Shown here one piece after another: positions 10,276 to 18,509 of a stretch of DNA of 64,000 bases. Under the pieces are notes generated by a model, which saw only the letters and a list, made by a program, of their open reading frames with translations, did not search any database and was not told where the DNA came from. Numbering within the stretch: position 1 is the first letter of the stretch; the number at the start of each line of letters is the position of its first letter. The DNA is from a bacterium (lineage in GTDB: Bacteria > Patescibacteriota > Minisyncoccia > Phycocordibacterales > JAUSHB01): contig JAUSHB010000006.1 in the NCBI GenBank assembly GCA_030648955.1, positions 11,866 through 75,865 on the forward strand, given 5' to 3'. The position numbers were made by a program, and so were the translations under genes.

Positions 10276-10342
10276 ACGGACCTCACTCTCATTAAAAATC
10301 CAAAAAAGACGACTGTGCGTAGAATGTTGATGTGAGGAGTGC

Positions 10343-10765
10343 TTATTGTCGTTCCGTATTCCCATTACTCCCCTTCCCGCCATTTTTTTCTAAATACTGC
10401 TTAACCTTACTGATTACTTCTCCGATTGAATAATCCACCTTAATAAGGTAGTCGACCGCGCCAAGTCCCATTGCACGATCACGGTCAGTTTGTTGACCTA
10501 GATTTGAAAGTGCGATTATGGGAATATTTGCTAGTTCTGGTTTCTTTTTTACCTCTTCTATCACCCAAAAACCATCACGTCCCGGTATCATAAGATCAAG
10601 GAGGATCAAGTCCGGTATTTCAATGGCGATCCCCGCAAAACCCGATGGACCATCTCGAAACACCTTAACATCTACATTTTCTTTCGCGAGTTTGATTTCA
10701 TAAACCTTTGAAATATGTTCGTCGTCTTCTATAATCACTATTTTTTTTCTTTTTTCTGTATCCAT
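10343..10765 (-). CDS. Stand-alone response-regulator receiver (CheY-like) protein
   Basis: KKIVIIEDDE... acidic pocket. Phospho-acceptor Asp in LILLDLMIPGRDG. Ser in IIALSNLG. Lys in DYLIK. No output domain. Confidence 0.85.
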   Translation of the reverse strand: MDTEKRKKIVIIEDDEHISKVYEIKLAKENVDVKVFRDGPSGFAGIAIEIPDLILLDLMIPGRDGFWVIEEVKKKPELANIPIIALSNLGQQTDRDRAMGLGAVDYLIKVDYSIGEVISKVKQYLEKNGGKGSNGNTERQ

Positions 10766-10826
10766 TGAATTTCTGTTATACGGAACGAATCTTTGACGAG
10801 TCTCAAATTACAAGCGTACGATTTCT

Positions 10827-11243
10827 TTAGATGTACGAAACCACCTTTGAAACCAATGTATCTAAATCATAGGCACTTTTAACCAGGTAGTCAACCGCCC
10901 CCAACTCGAGGGCTCTTTTCTTTGAATCGTCTCCTCCTGATACTGATACTACGATAACTTTTTTATCTTTATATAAAGGGTTTTTCCTCATGAGTTCAAG
11001 GAAATTGAGACCGTTCATTCCAGGCAATAAAATATCGAGCCAAATGAGCACAACGCTATTATTTTCTTCGAGAACTTTAAATGCGTCCTCCGCATTAAAG
11101 GTAGTTGCAATAGTATAGCCTCTTTTGTTCAACTTAAGAACAATGGCTTTATTAAGAGCTACGTCGTCTTCGACAACAAGAATTGTTTTCACTTCGGTAG
11201 ATTTTTCAATCATGTGTTTAGTATACCACAAACTATAAATCAT
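10827..11243 (-). CDS. Stand-alone response-regulator receiver (CheY-like) protein; start may be the internal Met near 11213
   Basis: ILVVEDD, VLIWLDILLPGMNG (Asp), VIVVSVSGG, DYLVK. No output domain. Confidence 0.85.
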   Translation of the reverse strand: MIYSLWYTKHMIEKSTEVKTILVVEDDVALNKAIVLKLNKRGYTIATTFNAEDAFKVLEENNSVVLIWLDILLPGMNGLNFLELMRKNPLYKDKKVIVVSVSGGDDSKKRALELGAVDYLVKSAYDLDTLVSKVVSYI

Positions 11244-11354
11244 TAACCATGCGTCTATGTAAAATAACTATTTTATTACAATTAAAGCGATCTCGTATTA
11301 CTCTAGGACACTCCCGCGGAATGTCTTTTTGTGCCTGCACTGTCTTTTATAGAA

Positions 11355-13829
11355 TCAGCTCATCTTCTGCGTAAGGGAAGGATGTTCGGGAACAGTAACA
11401 TTGAACGTTGTTCCCTTCCCTATTTCAGAATCAAACCACACCTTGCCTCCCCATGATTCGATTAATCCTTTTACTAACGAAAGTCCGAGCCCTGATCCAT
11501 CAGGAACCTTATTCAAGGCATTCTGAGCTCTGTAGAATTTTGAAAAGATTCTTGATTTTTCTTCATCCGGAATACCGATTCCATTATCTTGAACGCGACA
11601 GAGATATTCTCCTGCTCTTTTTTCAATACTTACGTTTATAATTCCGCCATTATTGGTGTATTGAATCGAGTTTGCAATCAGGTTCAAAAACACCTGTCGT
11701 AGCAATAATGGATCAAGGTCGATATCGGGGATATCTCCTTGTGGAAGTGAGACATTCATCGTAAGGGCTTTGGGGGAAAGTTGGGGTTTGAATTCTTCTA
11801 TAACTTCATTCATAAGTTTCACAATGTTCACCTTCTCCGTACTTTGCTTTAATGTTCCATTTTCTATTCTGGAAATTGATAACAAAAGATCGATTGTATT
11901 GTAAAGACGGAGTGTACCGCTATTGACCTCGGATGCAAAGTCTCTTTGCATTTCATTAAGAGGTCCCGCATCTTCTGAAAGAAGCATTTCGGAATACCAC
12001 CTAATTGAAGTAAGTGGCGTGCGTAATTGGTGCGATGCAATGGATATAAAACTTGATTTTGATTCATCGAGTGCTTTTTCTTTACTAATATCGCGAAACA
12101 CAATAACTGCGCCCATATCCTTATCTTTTACGAGCGGAGTAGCAAAAACTGCAACAGGAAATTCCTTTCCGGAATTTGTGCGAAATGAGTAGCGGTCTTC
12201 TAATCCAATCTCTATGGGCTGTTTCGTTGCAAGCACTCGCGCCATAAGACGATCGTCGTAGGGAATGTCCTTTCCATCTTTACGCGCCAAGATTACATCG
12301 TCTACCTTTTTCCCTATAATATCTTTCAAGGAAATATCAAGTATTTGTTCCGTCATCGGATTTGCAAGCGTTATAACATGTTCTTGGTTAACCAAAAAAA
12401 GTCCCTCGCCAACGGACGTAATAATCGACTGTAGCTCATTGCGTTGCAACTTAAATTTTTCTTTTAGCTCCCAAGCATCTTCGAGCACATTCACGGTTGC
12501 GCGTTTTGAATCTTCAAGGAATTTATTTTGTCGTTCGGTAGTTTCCAAGCTCGCCGCAAGGTCATGAGTTTTTTCAATCACTTTCTTTTCAAGATCAAAC
12601 TGAGCTTCATAGATGCGTACAAGCATGCGATTAAAAGCCCCCGCAAGGACTCCAATTTCATCATGCGTGCTTATGGTAAACAGGGGTAATATATTTGATT
12701 TATTTTTAATATCTATATGAGTCACAAAATCCGTTAGTCGCTTGAGGGGAGACACGACCAAAAAGGAAATGAGGAAATAAATAATCACACCGATGCCGAG
12801 AAGAAACGCAAGCCAGATCGCTATTAGATTCGTGATTTTATCCAAAAAGGCATATACCTCTCGCTTCTCTACCTCAACAAGAATCCATAGATTTAACGTT
12901 GGTGACCATGTATACCCACCAAGCACATTGACCGCATTGTGGTTGATATACTCTACGAGACCACTGTCGCCCACGAGTGGACTCCCTCTTCCCCAGAGTT
13001 CAAACGTAGCGCCAACCTCCTGAATGTTCTCATGATCCTCTGTATCGTGTACATGTTCTTCGGCAAGCACTTGCCCATTTTGAGAAATGAGGTAGAGCTC
13101 TGTGTGTGTTTGAAAAAAACCGGTAGATAAAAATGGCTTTGTAAATTCCCTCATGGGCACATCCCCCGCGAGAAATAATTTGGTTGAACCATTTTCTGTG
13201 AACAGGCGTGTAACAACAGTGACAACTTGATCATCATCACCCCCTTCGTTATATATCAAAAATGTTTCATCGTTAGAATGTATTGAACGTGCATGAGATC
13301 TGGTGTTTTTGTACAGATCCATGTACGTTTGCGATCCCTGTGATATGTCTGTGTTCATTGACACTATCAACTTTTCCCCAATTGCATCAAAAATGTAAAT
13401 ATTCGTAAATACCCCCGCCGTGTGAGCGTCCTTACCCACCATAGAGACCAAATATTCTCTTAGCGCATTTTGAACACCGAGCTTTGTTTTTGGTGGTGGC
13501 GTGTCTTCTTGACTAGGTATGCTATGCAACATTTCTACTATTTCTTTAGACCCTGTGAAGTTTGACTTGAAAACAATAAGGTGTCCTCCCAAATCCGCGT
13601 AGTAATCACTGATTGATTTATCTGCGATATCAACGGATATTTGCATCTTCTCGTGTATTTCATCTTTGCTAAATGAACTCACGCTCAAAAACATATAAAT
13701 ACCCGCGGCAAATAAAGGCAAAAATCCTGCGACTGCCACCAACGTTGCAAGTTTGTATGTAATACCGAAACGAACCCGCATTTCGGTATTTATTTTTCGC
13801 TGTTTCTTTTTATTGTTTTTAAAGATCAT
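11355..13829 (-). CDS. Sensor histidine kinase: two TM helices with a large extracytoplasmic (Cache-like) domain, HAMP, PAS, HisKA and HATPase_c
   Basis: H-box SIASHQLRTPLTSIRW (His codon near 12030). N/G boxes NLIANSIQYT...DNGIGIP...GSGLGLSLV. About 280-aa loop between TM1 and TM2. Confidence 0.9.
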   Translation of the reverse strand: MIFKNNKKKQRKINTEMRVRFGITYKLATLVAVAGFLPLFAAGIYMFLSVSSFSKDEIHEKMQISVDIADKSISDYYADLGGHLIVFKSNFTGSKEIVEMLHSIPSQEDTPPPKTKLGVQNALREYLVSMVGKDAHTAGVFTNIYIFDAIGEKLIVSMNTDISQGSQTYMDLYKNTRSHARSIHSNDETFLIYNEGGDDDQVVTVVTRLFTENGSTKLFLAGDVPMREFTKPFLSTGFFQTHTELYLISQNGQVLAEEHVHDTEDHENIQEVGATFELWGRGSPLVGDSGLVEYINHNAVNVLGGYTWSPTLNLWILVEVEKREVYAFLDKITNLIAIWLAFLLGIGVIIYFLISFLVVSPLKRLTDFVTHIDIKNKSNILPLFTISTHDEIGVLAGAFNRMLVRIYEAQFDLEKKVIEKTHDLAASLETTERQNKFLEDSKRATVNVLEDAWELKEKFKLQRNELQSIITSVGEGLFLVNQEHVITLANPMTEQILDISLKDIIGKKVDDVILARKDGKDIPYDDRLMARVLATKQPIEIGLEDRYSFRTNSGKEFPVAVFATPLVKDKDMGAVIVFRDISKEKALDESKSSFISIASHQLRTPLTSIRWYSEMLLSEDAGPLNEMQRDFASEVNSGTLRLYNTIDLLLSISRIENGTLKQSTEKVNIVKLMNEVIEEFKPQLSPKALTMNVSLPQGDIPDIDLDPLLLRQVFLNLIANSIQYTNNGGIINVSIEKRAGEYLCRVQDNGIGIPDEEKSRIFSKFYRAQNALNKVPDGSGLGLSLVKGLIESWGGKVWFDSEIGKGTTFNVTVPEHPSLTQKMS

Positions 13830-13865
13830 TGTATGTGCTGTTTATAGGGCACTCGCTTTTTCTCG

Positions 13866-15545
13866 TTATGGTGAATTGAACTTCTTCTTAAGTTCTTCTA
13901 ATTCCTCCTTGATTTCAACCATCCGAAGTTCGCGACCAATCATCAATCGATTGGCTTCTTCAAGTTGAATCGTCTTTGATTTGAGCACTTCTTCATCTAT
14001 TTTATGTTTTGTAATATCGCGACAGTTACAAACAATGCCGTTGACGACAGGATTATTAAGGAGGTTTTTGCCCAGTGCTTCAATGGTGCGCCAAGTACCA
14101 TCCTTGTGGTGAAAACGAAATTCAACGGTGTGCGTTTCCTCTGGCTCTCCCACCACCTTTTCAAATGTCTTTTTTATCCCAGGGAGATCATCTTCGTGCA
14201 TATGCTCAAAAATCTTTTTTCCCTTGAGCTCATCCGGATTATACCCCAAGATTGCAGAAAAAGAGGGACTCGCATACGATACCGTACCATCTTTCCCGAT
14301 TACCGTGACCATATCAACGGAATTTTCACTGAGCGTTTGATAATATTTTTTTTCTATCTCGAGTTTTTCTTCAGTAATCTTATTTTCCGTTATGATGAAC
14401 TGTATGCTCACATATCCCGTAATAATCCCTTTCGTGCTGATTACGGGAACAATAATCGCGTCAACCCAATACAACGAATCATCCTTAGCTTTATTTTTAA
14501 TTTGTCCGTGCCAAACACGACCTTTCAAAAGATAGTTATGCCACATGTCATCAAAAAAAGCTTGCGGATGGAATTCTGAGCGTAACACGCGGTGATTATT
14601 TCCAATCAATTCCTCTCGAGAATATTTAGAGTTTTGAATGAACGTATCGCTTACATAAAAAATATTACCGCGTTCATCTGTTTGAGAAACAATGGCGATA
14701 GAATTCATTGCATCGAGAATCGTTTTAAAATTCTTGGGAAGTACATCCGGAGACGTGTTCTTGAGAACAAATGAGTGCACTGATGCTTCAACGATTGTTT
14801 CATGAAGAGAGGATGTGGTACTATCTTCACTGCGATAGCCAGAGAATTCTTCAACATGAATGTCGTCATGTGTAATCCCCATTTCCATAAGTGATGCCAA
14901 AGAAAACCGTACCATCCCTTCCGGTCCCGCTACATACCAAAGGGCATTTTTTTCGTTTTCTACAATCTTTTTCAACTCGTAGAGCGTAAGGTCTCCCTCA
15001 ATATACTGCACTGAAATATTTGGATTTCCTTGTGAAAACTCATCGAGATCTTTGCGATACGCCCTTGTTTCTTCGTCCTTGCTTACATAAAGTAGCGTAA
15101 TCCTATGAGGAAGTTTATTTTCATAAGAATACCGCAAGATACTCAAAAAGGGAGTAATACCGATGCCCCCGGCTATACACACAATGGGACGAGAACTGTC
15201 CTCTGGAATAAAGAAGGAGCCCAATGGATCACTTACGTGAACCACCGAACCAGTTGCCATTTCAAGAATGCTTTTTTTAAATCCGCTTCCGGAAATACGA
15301 AATGCTATCGTGATAACATCATGATTATTTGGTGATGATAAAATCGAAAAATCCCTTCCATTTCCCCTGGGATCCTGGAATATGAGGCTGGGAAGCATTA
15401 TGTGGACATATTGTCCCGGCGTAAAGGGTAATTCTTGTTCGACAATTTCTGACGACCCACCAACAGACTTACGACCAAAAGTAATCTCTATAGTTCCCCC
15501 AGCGACAACTCTTCGGTCTATGATTGGTAAATGATACTTAGACAT
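13866..15545 (-). CDS. Kinase-less sensor protein: N-terminal FNR-like FAD/NAD(P)-binding oxidoreductase domain, two PAS domains and a C-terminal conserved helix
   Basis: RDFSILSSP (RxYS FAD motif) and GGIGITPF (NAD(P) motif). Two PAS blocks (IAIVSQTDERGNIFYVSDTF...; DMVTVIGKDGTVSYASPSF...). C-terminal MIGRELRMVEIKEELEELKKKFNSP. Stop lies 36 bp before the HK start. Confidence 0.8.
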   Translation of the reverse strand: MSKYHLPIIDRRVVAGGTIEITFGRKSVGGSSEIVEQELPFTPGQYVHIMLPSLIFQDPRGNGRDFSILSSPNNHDVITIAFRISGSGFKKSILEMATGSVVHVSDPLGSFFIPEDSSRPIVCIAGGIGITPFLSILRYSYENKLPHRITLLYVSKDEETRAYRKDLDEFSQGNPNISVQYIEGDLTLYELKKIVENEKNALWYVAGPEGMVRFSLASLMEMGITHDDIHVEEFSGYRSEDSTTSSLHETIVEASVHSFVLKNTSPDVLPKNFKTILDAMNSIAIVSQTDERGNIFYVSDTFIQNSKYSREELIGNNHRVLRSEFHPQAFFDDMWHNYLLKGRVWHGQIKNKAKDDSLYWVDAIIVPVISTKGIITGYVSIQFIITENKITEEKLEIEKKYYQTLSENSVDMVTVIGKDGTVSYASPSFSAILGYNPDELKGKKIFEHMHEDDLPGIKKTFEKVVGEPEETHTVEFRFHHKDGTWRTIEALGKNLLNNPVVNGIVCNCRDITKHKIDEEVLKSKTIQLEEANRLMIGRELRMVEIKEELEELKKKFNSP

Positions 15546-15552
15546 ACATTCG

Positions 15553-17136
15553 CTATGATTTAGGGTTAAGTTTTTCGGTAAGCTGTAAAATTTCTTTTTT
15601 TAGCTCTATCATTCTCAATTCGCGCTCAATGGTAATCTTGTTTATTTTAGTAAGTTCATTAATAGTGTGCGTCATTTTTTCTTCCGCTTCTTTCTTTTCA
15701 ATTTTCTGAGCAATAATGCCTGCAACAGATTGAATAAACGAAACGTCCTGGGAAGAAAATGTTCTTCGTTTTATAGAGTACACACTAAGGACTCCATATG
15801 GCTTGCCGGTGTTTTTTGGAATAACGACACTTACGCCACTTGTTATACCATGTTCTGCTAAGTGAGGAGGTGCCTGAAAGCGCTGTTCTACTTTGAAGTC
15901 TGTAACAACAATTGGCTCATCTGAAAGAAATGTATATTCTACTTGCGAGTTTTTTCCCGCTTCGACAATAGTGTTCCCCAACATGCCTTCTCTCCATCCA
16001 GCGCCGATAACAAGACGCAACGCTTTGCCGTCAGGGAGAAGCTCAAGAATACTGACGTAGTCAACCCCTAAGCTTGCCCTAATCTTAGAAACCCCATCTT
16101 GCGTGAACACTTGAACATTCGATTCAGTAATCGCACTTCTGCTGAAGTCTGCCACAAATGCCTGCTGGCGAATACGTAACGAAACAGCTTTGTTTGTGTT
16201 TATAAGTCTTCGATTAATACTGCGCAACGCCAGCAAAACAATAACACCGAGTACGCTAATCAATGTGGCGTAAATTTTAATCTGATTGATTGCTTTAAAT
16301 ACATCACTTCGGTTTTCTTCAAGGATGACCAAAAATTGAGGGCCGGAAACATAGCCTCCCGCAGAGAGAACGCGAACACCTTTTTCATTTTTATACGTGT
16401 ATCTATCGTCAAGCGAAGATGTCGTTTGTTTTGCTTGAAGCGTATCGATCACAATACGCCGCGACATGTAGCCCGGGTTTTTAAGCACCAAGGATGTATC
16501 CGGATCGCTGATCAAAACTCCCTCACTGTCGACAATATATAGTTTTCCCGTTTGTGCAAGTTTAATACTCCCAACATCCTTAAACATTTCATTCACATTA
16601 AATTCAGCAGAAATAACACCGGCAAGAGCTTCATCTGATGTGTAGAAAGGAACACTGGCAATAATATGTGGCTCAAGGTTTGCTGAGATTGTTACAGAAG
16701 ACCATGCTGGTCTTCTGGTTGTTATCGCTTCCATAAAATTATGGCGCGTACTAATATTCTCATACGTGAGCAGATTCGTGGGTTTAAACTTATCAAACTT
16801 AATAATTTCTTTGCCGGAAGGATCGGTAAGAGAAACTGCCTTAACATTATCCCCCTTGAGTACGTTTTGTAGTACGAGACTATTTTCCTTAGCCTCAAGA
16901 TCCGGGATAATGTATTGAGACGATACCTGAAGTCCTAGAATATTATTTTCGAGAAATAACTTTATTCTTGATAGTGCGATTTCAATCGTACGTTCCTCAA
17001 CAATGTTTATGTTGCTCCGAAGAAGCGTAAGCGTAGGGAAAAGCCAAATAAGGTTACCGAGCACCACGAGAGAACCCAGGAATATGTATACGTGTGAAGA
17101 ATAATTGCTTTTTGTGGTGCCCATAGGCAGAATCAT
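15553..17136 (-). CDS. Kinase-less sensor protein: TM, extracytoplasmic double-Cache-like domain, TM, GAF domain and a C-terminal conserved helix
   Basis: Two TM segments flank an about 250-aa extracytoplasmic region. Cytoplasmic GAF-like block (...LGVDYVSILELLPDGKALRLVIGAGW...). C-terminal TIERELRMIELKKEILQLTEKLNPKS. Translationally coupled to its neighbours. Confidence 0.7.
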   Translation of the reverse strand: MILPMGTTKSNYSSHVYIFLGSLVVLGNLIWLFPTLTLLRSNINIVEERTIEIALSRIKLFLENNILGLQVSSQYIIPDLEAKENSLVLQNVLKGDNVKAVSLTDPSGKEIIKFDKFKPTNLLTYENISTRHNFMEAITTRRPAWSSVTISANLEPHIIASVPFYTSDEALAGVISAEFNVNEMFKDVGSIKLAQTGKLYIVDSEGVLISDPDTSLVLKNPGYMSRRIVIDTLQAKQTTSSLDDRYTYKNEKGVRVLSAGGYVSGPQFLVILEENRSDVFKAINQIKIYATLISVLGVIVLLALRSINRRLINTNKAVSLRIRQQAFVADFSRSAITESNVQVFTQDGVSKIRASLGVDYVSILELLPDGKALRLVIGAGWREGMLGNTIVEAGKNSQVEYTFLSDEPIVVTDFKVEQRFQAPPHLAEHGITSGVSVVIPKNTGKPYGVLSVYSIKRRTFSSQDVSFIQSVAGIIAQKIEKKEAEEKMTHTINELTKINKITIERELRMIELKKEILQLTEKLNPKS

Positions 17137-17137
17137 G

Positions 17138-18145
17138 TTAGTTTACAATTTGGGATGCAATACTTTTTATTTCTTCCGAAAACGTGACGCCGATTTCTTT
17201 CGCATTCTTAATACTCAACACAAAATCAATTTTACTCGGAGTTTCAAAAGGAAGTGCTCCGGGATCTTCTCCTTGGAGAACTTTCTCGGCGATACGCGCA
17301 AGTGATCTTCCCATGTCGGCGTAATCTGGTCCATATGAAGCAAGGGCTCCGCCATTGAGTGCTGCTTTGTCGGGCATAATGATTGGTAATTTATTCTCCC
17401 GCGCAACCTTGAGAAAGAGGTCCGACTGTGAAAAAAGCGTTCCGTGAGGATAGAACATGAGCGCGTCAAATTTTTTCCAATCCACACCCATAAAAGCGTC
17501 TTCAATTTCTTTTCGTCCCGGATTGGTAAGAGAAAATTCAGTTAGGGTAATGCCTAGTTTTTTACTTAATTCCTTGCCGATAGGTCGAGCTATCGCTGTA
17601 GGACCGCACGTAGTATCATAAAACATTGCAATATTTTTTATAGACGGAATCATTTTTTTGATAAGCTCAATCCGTTTGGGGGTAAGCTCAATACTTTGGT
17701 GCGAAATACCAGCAATATTGATTCCAGAACTTTGAATTGATTTAAAATACCCGTGAGCGATAGGATCTCCTAACGCAGTCAATATGGGGATAGTTTTTGT
17801 TTTATCCGCAAGATCAAATGTTGGTCTGGTAGAAATGGTGGCAATGAGATCTGGTTTTTCAGCAATAGCTTCATCAATATACGTTTTGAGTTTTTCCTTA
17901 CTTCCTTCAGTATTCTTATAATCAATGACGATACTTAATCCCTGCTCATGATGTATTTTCCTAATCTCTTTCATGAAACTATCCAAAAAAATCGTGAATG
18001 TTTCTCCGCCAGGATTTAATACCACAATGTGGTGAGTATGGACTGTTTCTTCCCCCCCTTTTATGCCCCCATGCTCGTAAACATACCATACTGCAATACT
18101 AAGAATAGAAAAAACGAGTACGATCAAAAATAATTTTTTAGGCAT
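17138..18145 (-). CDS. Membrane-anchored periplasmic-binding-protein-like protein; resembles the ABC_sub_bind family of substrate-binding proteins often found with two-component sensors
   Basis: N-terminal anchor helix. Two-lobed PBP-like sequence (…LTALGDPIAHGYF…IAGISHQSIELTPKRIELIKKMIPSIKNIAMFYD…). First gene of the sensor operon. No permease or ATPase partner nearby. Confidence 0.6.
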   Translation of the reverse strand: MPKKLFLIVLVFSILSIAVWYVYEHGGIKGGEETVHTHHIVVLNPGGETFTIFLDSFMKEIRKIHHEQGLSIVIDYKNTEGSKEKLKTYIDEAIAEKPDLIATISTRPTFDLADKTKTIPILTALGDPIAHGYFKSIQSSGINIAGISHQSIELTPKRIELIKKMIPSIKNIAMFYDTTCGPTAIARPIGKELSKKLGITLTEFSLTNPGRKEIEDAFMGVDWKKFDALMFYPHGTLFSQSDLFLKVARENKLPIIMPDKAALNGGALASYGPDYADMGRSLARIAEKVLQGEDPGALPFETPSKIDFVLSIKNAKEIGVTFSEEIKSIASQIVN

Positions 18146-18435
18146 GTATTCTAGTATTTTGAGGAAGTTTACAAATCTTAAAATAAAGTAATTGTTTACG
18201 GAAAGATGAGGTCACGCTCCCCATTAAGATCTGGCGACAGTTTAATATGTGTATAGTATACTAGAACCAAACATAAATCCAAAGGGAGAAGGCTCCATCT
18301 AATTAAGTATGTGCGCAATGACACAATGTGTCTCAAGAATTACCACAAAGAAGTCAGGTAGAGATAAAAATTCCCACACTCTAATCGCATCATTAGATTA
18401 TCACCATATCCACTCGATTAAATACAGAGATATAG

Positions 18436-18444
18436 TGGTATAAT
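18436..18444 (+). promoter_or_regulatory. Candidate extended -10 (TGGTATAAT) upstream of pilM-pilN
   Basis: tatagTGGTATAATc lies about 65 bp upstream of the pilM start. The -35 element is weak or unclear. Confidence 0.25.
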
Positions 18445-18509
18445 CTTTAAGTATGGCGTAATTTCAGATCCCCAGTATCTGCCGTACGCAGGAATAGACT
18501 TAATTTAAA

